Assembly: GCA_965227295.1 (NCBI GenBank)
Contig: OZ245742.1
Span: 2,240,001-2,304,000 of the forward strand
DNA: 64,000 bases
Reading direction: 5' to 3'
From: Leptonemataceae bacterium
GTDB taxonomy: Bacteria; Spirochaetota; Leptospiria; Leptospirales; Leptonemataceae
Shown: piece by piece, positions 39,490-49,817 of the stretch
Position numbering within the stretch: the stretch's first letter is position 1
Layout of the letters: each line of letters begins with the position of its first letter
Position numbers and translations under genes: made by a program
Notes under the pieces: model-generated
The model's database searches: none
What the model saw: the letters and a program-made list of their open reading frames with translations, nothing else
What the model was told of the DNA's origin: nothing

Positions 39490-39747
39490 TGCCGACACCG
39501 GTCCCGATGCCGTGAAAGCCGCCCTGCGTAATATCACTTATGCCGACGCTCTGTTGAAACGAAAGATCCCAGGTATCGTTCGCGTTGTACGTCAGACCCG
39601 TGCCGACGCTGTGACCGTAACTGTACTGACCCTCGCGGCCATCCCACGCCGTACTCACGCCGCCGGTAAAACTCAGGTCGCTGCCGGTCGGTCCGAAACC
39701 CACGCCCACGTTCCACGAGGCCTGGCCCAGATTATTGTGAATGTTGC
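39490..39747 (-). pseudogene. Truncated cassette 4: pre-HINT fragment of the toxin gene only
   Basis: Near-identical to about 52645-52900 of the main gene (NIHNNLG...GFHGIGTGVG), then homology stops; no HINT or toxin follows. Confidence 0.85.
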
Positions 39748-39753
39748 CTATTT

Positions 39754-39892
39754 GGGCGTGCCGGCCCGCCGCGCCGCGGAGGCGGCGGGCCGTCGCGCTG
39801 CTCCGGGCTCCGCTTCGCTTCGGTCTCGCGAAGACGCGAGACTCGCGCTATCGCGCGACCCTGCGCATCGCTCACGCTTGTGGTTCGGGGCG
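39754..39892 (+). repeat. 139-bp structured repeat at cassette boundary
   Basis: Identical by eye to 42162-42300 and 49573-49711. Confidence 0.92.
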
Positions 39893-39980
39893 TTGATTTT
39901 TTGCGGAGAATAGAACTCGTGACTTTGTGCCAGATGGATCTTGACTATTATATTCAATCACTCGGCGTGTAACAGAGCCA

Positions 39981-40466
39981 CTATTCGTGAAGGCTTAAGT
40001 CGAAATAATAGCAATCGAGACAATTGTCTCCGTAGCGCTCCCAGAATACCCTGAAAACCGCTTCCGCGCGAGAATACCCGGCATCTGCACGTTCTTCCCT
40101 CGAGGGAGAGGCATGAAGATCAATTTGTGGACCGTGAGTCGGATACTGAGCGAACGTCTGGGAGCATATAACTTCTCTATCATGCGCAAATACGATTCGG
40201 CGCTCCCCGTCCTGTAAGGCTTCGGAAATATCCAGGTCCCGGGTTTGCTGAATATTCCATGGCGTATCAGGACCATATAGCATTAGTACCCGATCCCATT
40301 TCCCGGATACGACATCGGATAGCTTTATGATGCATTCTCCACTTGAGGTTCCAGACTCTACACATTTTGCATAGAGCTTTGAACCCAGACCACAGTCATT
40401 AGAGCCCTTGCAATACGGCTGAGCCAGAGTACAGGCAAGAACAATAAATAAGCCAAGTTTTCGCAT
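39981..40466 (-). CDS. Putative immunity protein for cassette 3 (exported, Cys-containing)
   Basis: Starts 12 nt after the toxin stop; signal peptide; WD...GP and C..CY.F.L pattern shared with 50537-51001; low GC. Confidence 0.7.
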   Translation of the reverse strand: MRKLGLFIVLACTLAQPYCKGSNDCGLGSKLYAKCVESGTSSGECIIKLSDVVSGKWDRVLMLYGPDTPWNIQQTRDLDISEALQDGERRIVFAHDREVICSQTFAQYPTHGPQIDLHASPSREERADAGYSRAEAVFRVFWERYGDNCLDCYYFDLSLHE

Positions 40467-40478
40467 CTGTTTACTATC

Positions 40479-42152
40479 CTAACCTTTGCCGGCGAAAGCT
40501 CGTTTTCGGTCAAGCCAATCCTGTTCCGCTTTGGTTCGCCCTGTTTCGTTGCGATTTAGAATTTCCGAGCGTGCTTGATCATATTCAGCCTCTGAAAGCC
40601 TGATCCGCTCAATCTTGTAGACATTGTCTGCTGCCCCGGGGGCCTGTTCATTCACAAGAACGATTTGCCACAAGCCATTTGTCCTATACTCTTCGAGCAC
40701 TTTGAGAGACATCTCTCGCATTCCGATTCCGGGATTATCCGCGCCGATTCTTCTGCCAATTTCATTGTTTTTCAAGTCTACAACAGAATCGGCGTCCCTG
40801 CGGCCTCCGTCTCGAAGTCCAATAAACTCATGATCGTCAGCGTAAGTATCTGCGACTTTCGGATTCGGCTCATGGGCATCGCCTACTTCTTGAGCGATGT
40901 CTTCACCCAAGCGCTCGGCGATAGTAGCTTGCCAGAGAGTATGCCTGAAAGCATTTCTCTGTGTGCCTTCCCCGCCCATAAAGCTGGGTTCTTTGAGGCC
41001 ACTGCCGGTGGTGAATCTGACGGCAGTGCTCGTAATGTTGTCGGTACCTGCAACGTTGAGTCCGATGATGGCGGCCTCCACGGGATTCTCCAGCGCAAAC
41101 CTCTGTGTCCGACTGAGCAAGCTCCATGTTGTATCCAAAAGCGCTGAGAGTTCTCTTTCGATGTAATCGGGTATGGAAAAATAGTCGGCCGGATCTTGAT
41201 TGTGAACAAGGACTGAAATCTCGGAAACAAAAAAATTATGCTCATTGGCTACACTCAGGTTATAAACGTTACCCGAATAGCTCAGCCTCTTGATTTCCTT
41301 TATTCCGACCCTTTTTTCACTTGCCGTGATTGCTAAATCACCTGGCTGAAGTGATCGAGCCGGGACCCATCCCCTGCCTTCTATATAGAACGGATGGGAC
41401 CATGTTGTTTCAATGACCGTATCTTCGGTTTCAAAGGTAATCTTATATATAGAGGAAGTAGTGCGAACGAAAGTGTGAGTGATCGGTTTAAACACGGGCC
41501 TCGACTCCGCCAGATTCTTGCTGAGCACAAAATCGCCAACCTGAATTTCCTCGATGCTTTTGTACCATTTCCCATTGTGGAGGAAGGCTTCAGAGGTATC
41601 CGGATGCACACGCACAAGCGTTCCCGCAACAAAACAAGTCTTAAACTCAAATTCCCCATTCTCATCAATCCAGCCGTTCACGTTACTCGCATCGCCACCG
41701 AACAAGAACGCCAGTTCATCCCCGATGCCACCGATCAACTCTGACAACCAACTATCGCCACGCGAACCGCCGATGAACCCCGCATCCATCAACGCATCCC
41801 GAATCGGTCCTTCTTCATGCGCAAGTTCCGGATTCTCGCGCAGCTTCTCCGCCTGCTCCGGCGTAAGCTTGTCGTCTTTCACGAGCTCATCAATCTTCGC
41901 GAGCCGCTGCTCTTCCCACGCCGTCACATTCCCTAACTGCTTGTCAAGTTCACTTAACTCATCGCGAATCGCATCCAACCGCTCCGGTGACGTATTCGGA
42001 TTCGCCGCTTCCAGCTCCAGTTCCGCTTTTAGCGTGTGAATCCCGAGCGCCGCCGCGTCCAGCGATTGAATCTCGAAGTCCGTCGTAATCCCCTGCGACG
42101 CCGTAACATGCCCGTCGCCGAAGTTAAACGTGGTGCCGACGCCCGTCCCGAC
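40479..42152 (-). pseudogene. Silent toxin cassette 3: pre-HINT homology + HINT (41199-41636) + NAFRH-type toxin tip
   Basis: CFVAGT...TTWSHPF...VYNLSV...LVHNQ; NAFRHTLW...DAHE...DLKNNEIGR; in-frame TAA TGA just upstream; no signal peptide or N-terminal body. Confidence 0.85.
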
Positions 42153-42161
42153 GCTTCATTA

Positions 42162-42300
42162 GGGCGTGCCGGCCCGCCGCGCCGCGGAGGCGGCGGGCCG
42201 TCGCGCTGCTCCGGGCTCCGCTTCGCTTCGGTCTCGCGAAGACGCGAGACTCGCGCTATCGCGCGACCCTGCGCATCGCTCACGCTTGTGGTTCGGGGCG
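42162..42300 (+). repeat. 139-bp structured repeat at cassette boundary
   Basis: Identical by eye to 39754-39892 and 49573-49711. Confidence 0.92.
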
Positions 42301-42364
42301 GGTCATCTTCACTTGCGCATAGCGCCGTGATTTCGGGCACATTAATCACGCATGAACACTTCTT

Positions 42365-42838
42365 TTAATGGTCCGCGTTGTCGAGATCATCAAGAAATTT
42401 CTGAGGGTTTCTGACAAATTTCGCGGCAGGAGAGGACTTCATTTCACGGAGAATTAACTTATAGTTTGCAGGAATCAACCTGCCGGACTCGGAGATAAAG
42501 ACTAGTTCGAATGTCTTTGCCAGTTCTACAATTTTGATCAAGAGAGTGTTGTCTTTTCGAAGATCAAACCTCAAACGTATCTCACTCAGATAGCCATTCT
42601 TGAAATAGCACGTTAGATCCTCGCTTTCGACGTCGCCCCAGATTTTGATGTTGGGAGACCATGAAGAAGCAGAAGGCAGAAAATCAATGGCTTTGAGCAG
42701 ATTTTCTACTTTCCCATTTTCAGCCCACCACGCTATCGAATGAAACGTGTCTTGATCAATGACCATGGGCCATTCGGTGAGATTTGATTCCACAGATTCG
42801 CGAGGAACGAGATAGAATGTAGTTTGCCATGTCGCCAT
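42365..42838 (-). CDS. Orphan immunity-like protein
   Basis: 157-aa low-GC ORF (MATWQ...SWS...WG...S.AAKFVRNP.KFL) inside the toxin array, RBS GGAG. Confidence 0.6.
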   Translation of the reverse strand: MATWQTTFYLVPRESVESNLTEWPMVIDQDTFHSIAWWAENGKVENLLKAIDFLPSASSWSPNIKIWGDVESEDLTCYFKNGYLSEIRLRFDLRKDNTLLIKIVELAKTFELVFISESGRLIPANYKLILREMKSSPAAKFVRNPQKFLDDLDNADH

Positions 42839-42867
42839 GCGACTACTTCTCTCCAGCCTGGACCCGG

Positions 42868-43272
42868 CTACTTTTTTTGGATATCCTTTGTAGCTCGCTT
42901 AAGAAACCGCATTATCTCGAAAAGGTCGGACGTGGATCCGTCTTTGCCCCGGTGCACTGGAAGCAAGCGTTGCGAAGAGTTGGGCAGGTCGATCGTAAGG
43001 TATTCCGCAGTTGATTTTGACTCCGGGAACTGTATGTCCTTAATGTCCTCGTATCGAATCAATTGCCAGTGCAGGTCGGTCCGAATATGGACCCCAATCG
43101 TCGTAATCAATAAGGCGGAATCCAGAGTGTCCTCATGATTTCTAAAAATGCCGACGATTTTTTCTCCCTCTGTACACTCCGGCAAGGCGGACTGATCTAT
43201 GCGGATTCTCTCCGCCGGAGTATAACGCGACATGGGCCGGAGAATTCTGTGTGCACGTGATTCAACGTTCAT
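42868..43272 (-). CDS. Orphan immunity-like protein
   Basis: Low-GC ORF; ATG at 43272 lies 7 nt after the stop of a short upstream frame. Confidence 0.55.
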   Translation of the reverse strand: MNVESRAHRILRPMSRYTPAERIRIDQSALPECTEGEKIVGIFRNHEDTLDSALLITTIGVHIRTDLHWQLIRYEDIKDIQFPESKSTAEYLTIDLPNSSQRLLPVHRGKDGSTSDLFEIMRFLKRATKDIQKK

Positions 43273-43391
43273 ATGGTCCCTATAGCGGAATTTCGATCTT
43301 TTCTTTGTTCTGAGACTGAGAGAATTCTGCCTCAATACCCTTGCGCTTGAGCATTTCTTTAAGCAATCGACGTGGTTGTTAATTTGCGATC

Positions 43392-43793
43392 TCAGGCTGA
43401 TACAAAGTACTGACCACGATCCATGGCATCGGAGTCCATTTCTATGATCGTTTGACCGCCAGAAGGATCATATCGGATCCATTGGGTGTCATTCGTCGAA
43501 TTTTCGTCCGGGGCAGCAACCTGGGTCTGAAGAAGGCTTGCAATCTGTCCGTAGAGTGCTGTGGGCGTTTTTGAACGAAGTATATTGTTGTCAAAAAAGA
43601 GATCAATGAATGTGCGGAAATCGCCGGCAATCGGATAAAAAACGAACCAAACCGGAGACTCTCGATGTTCGGATATCTCTTCGATATTTCTCACAGCAAG
43701 GACTTGATTCGCAGGCGTATTCGTGATTGTGGATATGCACTGCCTGAGTTCAGTTGCTTCGAATGTTCCTTCGAGGATAAAGTTCAAATTCAT
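43392..43793 (-). CDS. Putative immunity protein for cassette 2
   Basis: ATGA overlap with the toxin stop at 43790-43792; acidic, cytoplasmic-looking, low GC. Confidence 0.7.
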   Translation of the reverse strand: MNLNFILEGTFEATELRQCISTITNTPANQVLAVRNIEEISEHRESPVWFVFYPIAGDFRTFIDLFFDNNILRSKTPTALYGQIASLLQTQVAAPDENSTNDTQWIRYDPSGGQTIIEMDSDAMDRGQYFVSA

Positions 43794-45632
43794 TTTTTTG
43801 CCAACTTCCAAACTTCTCGCGCTCTGTTGATATCTTCAAGGGGAATCTTCATTCTATCCAATATGTCACGCGAATATGGTGTGTCACCGAGCTGGTTGAG
43901 CACTCCGAGTGCCTTAAACTGAGCACGGTTGAGAAAGTGGAAGCCATCACCGGCAACGGGGAAAAGCGTACCGTTCGGCTTGATGCCGTATATTCTTCCA
44001 TTAATGATAAAATGGTCATTTAGGAGAATACCATTCCCTGCGTTAATTTCCGCGACGTCTGCATCAACGTCAACCCACGACTCGATTACGGTGTTTTTAT
44101 CCTTGGCTACTGTTCTCTGATTGACCCGATCTAGTGAGTGGCGGGATGCTGGTTTTCGAAATTCCTCACCACGTCTCTCCGGGTCTTCCGTGTAGTTGTC
44201 ACCCTGACGATCGCGTTCATTGCGTTCCTCCTGGCTCTCATCCGAATAGCGCGCTGGTGGAGGTTTCACTTCCTCTCCGGAATCGGGTACGCTTCCATCG
44301 CCCGGACGCCCGTCTTCAGGGTCGCCACTTATTAGCTCCGGCGGTTTATCATCCGCCGTGCACCACATTACACAAGCAGTACCGGCCCGGATAAGTCCCA
44401 GGGCTACCAGAGCATTAACTCCTGCTGTCCAAATCCAGTTGGCGTAATTGTGAACGAGAATGGAAGAATCCGAAACGAAATAGGTATGGCTTCCGGCAAC
44501 TTCGAAATTGTAGACCGTGGCCCGGCCCGGCTCAATAGTAATTCTGACAATCTCAAGGGAGGCTCCGGATCCAAGGAGAGAGAGCTGTCCCTCACGAAGC
44601 TTCTCCGCTTTTACCCAGCCTGCTCCAACGATATAAAATGGGTGGTTCCAGGTAGTTTTAACTTCGACTCCGTTGGAATAAAGAATTCTATAAATCTGAT
44701 CCGCTTCTCTGGCATATGTCTTCGTAACGGGAGCGTAGAGAGTCTTGCCGGCAACTTCATCGAAGCTGAGGACACGATCGCCGGCCTCAATGTTTTCGAT
44801 GAGTTTATAGGACTCTGCGTTTCGTTTGAAAGCTCCCGCGGTTTCTGGATGTACTTGCACAAGCGTACCGGCCACGAAACACGTCCGAAACTGGAACTCC
44901 CCATTCTCATCGATCCAGCCGTTCACGTTACTCGCATCGCCACCGAACAAGAACGCCAGCTCATCCCCGATGCCACCGAGCAACTCCGACAACCAACCTT
45001 CCCGCGAACCGCCGATAAACCCCGCATCAATCAACGCATCCCGAATCGGCCCTTCTTCATGTGCCAGTTCCGGATTTTCGCGTAGCTTCTCCGCCTGCTC
45101 CGGCGTAAGCTTGCCGTCTTCCAGGAGTTCATCAATCTTCGCGAGTCGCTGTTCCTCCCACGCCGTTACATTCCCTAACTGCTTATCAAGATCACGTAAC
45201 TCATCGCGGATTTGCTCCAGCCGCTCCGGCGACGTATTCGGATTCGCCGCTTCCAGCTCCAGTTCCGCTTTTAGCGTGTGAATCCCGAGCGCTGCCTTTT
45301 CCAGCGATTGAATCTCGAAGTCCGTCGTAATTCCCTGCGACGCCGTAACATGTCCGTCTCCGAAGTTAAACGTTGTGCCGACACCCGTCCCGATGCCGTG
45401 AAAGCCGGCCTGCGTAATGTCGCTCACACCGACGCTCTGCTGAAACGAAAGATCCCACGTATCGTTCGCATTGTACGTCAGCCCCGTGCCGACGCTGTGA
45501 CCGTAACTGTATTGACCCTCGCGTCCATCCCACGCCGTACTCACGCCGCCGGTAAAGCTCAGGTCGCTGCCCGTCGGTCCGAAACCCATGCCCACGTTCC
45601 ACGAGGCCTGGCCCAGGTTATTGTGAATGTTG
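43790..45632 (-). pseudogene. Toxin cassette 2: pre-HINT homology + HINT (44447-44881) + uncharacterised toxin tip
   Basis: About 750 bp near-identical to 52143-52900; CFVAGT...TTWNHPF...VYNFEV...LVHNY; distinct C-terminus (INGRIYG...GTLFPVAGDGF). Confidence 0.85.
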
Positions 45633-45639
45633 CTTATTT

Positions 45640-45760
45640 GGGCGTTCCGGCCGGCGCCAGGCCCAGGCGCCGGCCGTCGTGCTGCTCCGGGCTCCGCTTC
45701 GCTGCGGTCTCGCGAAGACGCGAGACTGGCGCTGCGCGCCACCCTGCGCATCACTAACGC
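45640..45760 (+). repeat. Variant structured repeat at cassette boundary
   Basis: gggcgtt...ctaacgc; same core, with a first hairpin resembling the 10025 copy. Confidence 0.88.
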
Positions 45761-46119
45761 TTGCGAATCCAACGTTAGTCGCGAAGAACCGAACGACCCC
45801 GTGGGTCGCGGTGCGAATTCCGCACACGTGTGCGAAATTCAGCATATCACTTCGGCAGAGGCGGACCTCTGCTAACCTATCTCGCCGCAATGTGTCCGTT
45901 CAGACTCCCTGCGCGCCTGTTAAAGATCCCCTGATCTCATCCGAAACACGGCCCTCACAGCAGTTATTTCGGCGTGCCTGTTGAGCACATTTCGTCAATA
46001 ATGCTACATGCAATATACGTTTGCAACTCTAATCGTACCGCTTGAAAGACAATCCTGCCTGGGGACCGCACGAAATTCAGCGAGAAATGATTGCGCTGGG
46101 TTTTCTCGAACGCCATCCT

Positions 46120-46590
46120 GCACAGACGTTTCTCAATCTGCATCGCGACCGCATTGCGGCAATGGATTTCTTTGTGGTGTATCTCTGAAACTTCGTACCC
46201 GTGTATGTTTTTTTTAGTCATCGGCCATGCTATGGCAGGCATAATGTTCTGCACGTGAATGTTACGAGGCATCCCACGTTCGCACGGGTGAAGCAGCAGT
46301 TGCGCGCGGCGTTTCCGGGCGATCACGATGCACGGTTTCTCGTTCACGACAACGAGCCCGTGTTTCAGGCGTGCCGGAGATTTATGGAAACCTGCCTGGA
46401 TATTGCGCCGCTGCGAACTGCGCTGTGCTCGCCGTGGCAAAATGGAATCGCGGAACGTTTCGTGAAGATTGCACGGAACATGTGTACGGATCACATTGTG
46501 CCGTTGAGTGAGCGGCACTTGTTGAAAGTCATGCGCGAGTTTGCGCAGTACTACAACGATGACCGTGGTCATTCACTTTCAAACTCGGAC
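46120..46590 (+). mobile_element. Degenerate integrase-core (rve/DDE) transposase fragment
   Basis: FLNLHRDRIAAMDFF (frameshifted, with stop), HVNVTRHPT, FLVHDN, SPWQNGIAERF and YYN..RGHSL. Confidence 0.8.
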
Positions 46591-46610
46591 ATTCTCGGCT
46601 CTCATCTTAT

Positions 46611-46955
46611 CTAAGTTGTGATCAGGGTCCATTCGCAGTAGGGTAAAGGTAAAAGATGGAGTGTTGCCTGAGCGGCGAAGCCTTCGATTTGGAAGAGAAT
46701 CTTGAGAAAAGGGCCATGGTGCCCTTCCAGGATTTCGATCTCCTCCGCCTTTTCAGAGGAAATCAAAGCTATGGTCCTTCCTCCGGTTCTGAGAATTACC
46801 TGAAAGGAGTCTTCCACTCCACTGAAGGAAAATTCCAACTCCGTATTTTCCTTCTCGTAGGAGAGTAAGAAGCGGTAAAATGATTCTTCTACGTTCTTTT
46901 CTATTGGCTCAATATCCAGCGCCTCAAGAAACTCTAATTCCGTGGGATGTTTCAT
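46611..46955 (-). CDS. Orphan immunity-like protein
   Basis: 114-aa acidic low-GC ORF (P.ELEFLE...EP...LEFSFS..E.SFQ) starting 3 nt after the stop of a short remnant frame. Confidence 0.6.
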   Translation of the reverse strand: MKHPTELEFLEALDIEPIEKNVEESFYRFLLSYEKENTELEFSFSGVEDSFQVILRTGGRTIALISSEKAEEIEILEGHHGPFLKILFQIEGFAAQATLHLLPLPYCEWTLITT

Positions 46956-47371
46956 CCTTTATGGTGCTCCTCTAAACGGTATCGTTGTGGAAAGCTTGCG
47001 TGTCCCGTCATCTTCAGCATGTCCTAATTTCTTGGCCAGTGCACGGGCTCCCTCGTGAATACGCGGATCGAGACTGTGCAGTGCTGGCCAGAACTCGGCT
47101 TAGCATCCGTTGAGCGTATGCAGCCGATCCTGCGCCGCCGCCAATCCCAAGTCCTACCAGCCATTGGCCGGGGCCGGTAGACGTTAACCATAAAGAGGCA
47201 GGACCGCAAAACGCCCAACACCCAATGGTGGTTCCCGCCAGTCCGGCTCCGATGAACTCTTATAGAACCTTGAATTCCGGTCATAGCCGCTTCGCTTGCT
47301 GCTACTTTCAAGACCGCAATCTCGGGGCCCTTACTTCCACCTTGCGAATCGTACCTGCTACCATGTTTTGT

Positions 47372-47785
47372 TTATTGATCGGAAAGAAAGAACAGATGCG
47401 AGTCGGGGAGGCGCTTTACTATAGCGGCTTTTTCCAGGCATGCGAGAGCATCGGCAACAAGCTTATGATTCTGCCATTCTGGAAAGTGTGCTACATGATT
47501 CGAAGCAAATCGGTAGAGGCGCCATGCGTCAAACCCGTCAACTCGACCATTGGGACCAAAGTCGAAATCAACTATTTCGCCTCCCTTAAGGTCTTCAATC
47601 GTACAACCCATTCCATGGAAAGTTATCGTCCAATGTTTCCCTGGAACCTCCTCACCCGAGCGTATCAGGCGCTTTCTATGTGCTCGCAATAAATCACTTT
47701 CAGAAAACGCATCCGTCAATTCCTGAAATACAGATGTTGTCGTACGTACATATTCATTTATGAGCGGAATCAGATCTAAATTCAT
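47372..47785 (-). CDS. Putative immunity protein for cassette 1 (DUF6896-like)
   Basis: Starts 2 nt after the toxin stop; FHGMGC...VDFDFGPNGRVDGFDAWRL motif. Confidence 0.7.
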   Translation of the reverse strand: MNLDLIPLINEYVRTTTSVFQELTDAFSESDLLRAHRKRLIRSGEEVPGKHWTITFHGMGCTIEDLKGGEIVDFDFGPNGRVDGFDAWRLYRFASNHVAHFPEWQNHKLVADALACLEKAAIVKRLPDSHLFFLSDQ

Positions 47786-47787
47786 TT

Positions 47788-49563
47788 CTACCTCAGCTTG
47801 TCGGGGCCGGCTTCGACGGCGTGCCAGAGAATTTCATCAAGTGACCCGTACTTGTACTTCGTCAAAGCCTCAGCCTCATCGAGGACTTTGTAATGTACAT
47901 CAATTTTCGCACGTGCTGCTGCGGCAACGCGGTGATGGCCATCAAGAACATACTTACGGCCGTGGATGATGACTACTTCGATTGGATCCCCAATCCAGCC
48001 ATCTTGACGCATGCTTGCTGCCAGCTTCCTGACTGTATCCGAAGAAGCATTACCTCCAATGGAATGAGTCTTAAAGAACTCAGACGGTCCGGCTGTTCGT
48101 ATGGCGGGAACGATGCCCTGCCGCCCGGCAAACAACCTCGCGGCCCCGGCAGTCGTCAGCCTGAATCCAGTCCGTAGCGCCGAACCGATACCCCACACGG
48201 TCAGATAGTAATCGACCATACTCGGCACTTCGTCAATCGCACTACCGCCGAGAACCACGCCGTCTTTGCTCACGAATTCGAACGAATCACCGAAGTCATA
48301 CACCGCGCCGATCGAATCCCAGAGTTCCATCGGTACATTGTTAGCGTGCAGAAATTCTCTGCGTTCGATCTCGGTCAGCGCGGCTTCGATTTCTTCCTCC
48401 GGAACATTGACCGACTCAAGGAACATGCGCGTATTAGCAGCCACGTCGCCGTCACCATCGAGGATGCCGTTGTCGGCCATATGCAGGGCCTGCTGGACGA
48501 GATTGCGTTCGAGCAGGTCCGGATCGGGAGCGTCCGGGAAAGCGTGCTTCGGCGCCGTGCGGACCTGGCCGCTGTCAATCTTCTGTTGCACCCATCGATC
48601 GTAAGCATCGCCCGGGGCGTTGTGGACGAGCAGGTCCGACGTCGTCACATGATAGCTATGAGCGTTTGCTACTTCGAAGTTGTAGACGGTTTCGTTACCT
48701 TGCCCAATCTCGATCCCGACGATTTGATTCGTGCCGGTACTCGTCTGCGAGCGATCACCGACAGTGAGCCGTTCCGCCTGAGTCCAGCCTTTCCCCGCGA
48801 TCCAGAACGGGTGGTCATGCGTCGCCTGCACGGTCATTCCGTCTTCATAGGAAATCGTAAAGATACGATCAGAAGATCTTACGAACGTTCGCAGCACCCG
48901 GTTCCACTCAAGTCGGCCGGTCCTTTCGTCCCACGAAAGGACCACGTCGCCTCGAACGACCTCTTCGATCTTCTTGTAATACCTGCCCTGGATTTCGATC
49001 GCCGCATATGTTGCCGGAGCGACCCGCACGAGTGTGCCGGCCACAAAACAGGTGTTAAATTCAAACTCCCCGTTCTCATCAATCCAGCCGTTCACGTTGC
49101 TTGCATCGCCACCAAACAAGAACGCCAGCTCATCCCCGATGCCACCGAGCAACTCCGACAACCAGCCTTCCCGCGAACCGCCGATAAACCCCGCATCAAT
49201 CAACGCATCCCGAATCGGTCCTTCTTCATGCGCAAGTTCCGGATTCTCGCGCAGCTTCTCCGCCTGCTCCGGCGTAAGCTTGTCGTCTTTCACGAGCTCA
49301 TCAATCTTCGCGAGTCGCTGCTCTTCCCACGCCGTTACATTTCCTAACTGCTTATCAAGATCACTTAACTCATCGCGAATCTCATCCAACCGCTCCAGCG
49401 ACGTATTCGGATTGGCCGCTTCCAGCTCCAGTTCCGCTTTTAGCGTATGAATCCCGAGCGCCGCCTTTTCCAGCGATTGAACCTCGAAGTCCGTTGTAAT
49501 TCCCTGCGACGCCGTAACATGTCCGTCTCCGAAGTTAAACGTGGTCCCGACACCGGTCCCGAC
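47788..49563 (-). pseudogene. Silent toxin cassette 1: pre-HINT homology + HINT (48619-49050) + ParB/Srx-like toxin tip
   Basis: CFVAGT...ATHDHPF...VYNFEV...LVHNA; LAASMRQDGW...PIEV...VLDGHHRVAAA; in-frame TAA TGA just upstream. Confidence 0.85.
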
Positions 49564-49572
49564 GCTTCATTA

Positions 49573-49711
49573 GGGCGTGCCGGCCCGCCGCGCCGCGGAG
49601 GCGGCGGGCCGTCGCGCTGCTCCGGGCTCCGCTTCGCTTCGGTCTCGCGAAGACGCGAGACTCGCGCTATCGCGCGACCCTGCGCATCGCTCACGCTTGT
49701 GGTTCGGGGCG
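49573..49711 (+). repeat. 139-bp structured repeat at cassette boundary
   Basis: Identical by eye to 39754-39892 and 42162-42300. Confidence 0.92.
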
Positions 49712-49817
49712 CTTTCTCACAAGAACTGGTGGATTGCCGTCGCCTGGGGAGGAAGCGAAGAAAAGACGCGGAAGCAGAGTGGATTGGACCTCGTCTTTAT
49801 GGAGTCAGGACGAGTCT

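Noticed and set aside
42029..42368. Arg/Pro-rich ORFs over the repeat copies (also 39748-39957, 49440-49936, 9919-10240)
   Set aside because: These are translations of the GC-rich non-coding repeat
45633..45772. N-terminus of the 660-aa ORF (TTG at 45772) as a real protein start
   Set aside because: It is a read-through of the repeat element with no clear RBS; homology to the toxin begins at about 45632. Low-level expression cannot be excluded
39754..49711. Boundary repeats as integron attC sites
   Set aside because: They are multi-branched rather than one imperfect hairpin, lack a proper RYYYAAC...GTTRRRY arrangement after each gene, and no tyrosine integrase is in the window
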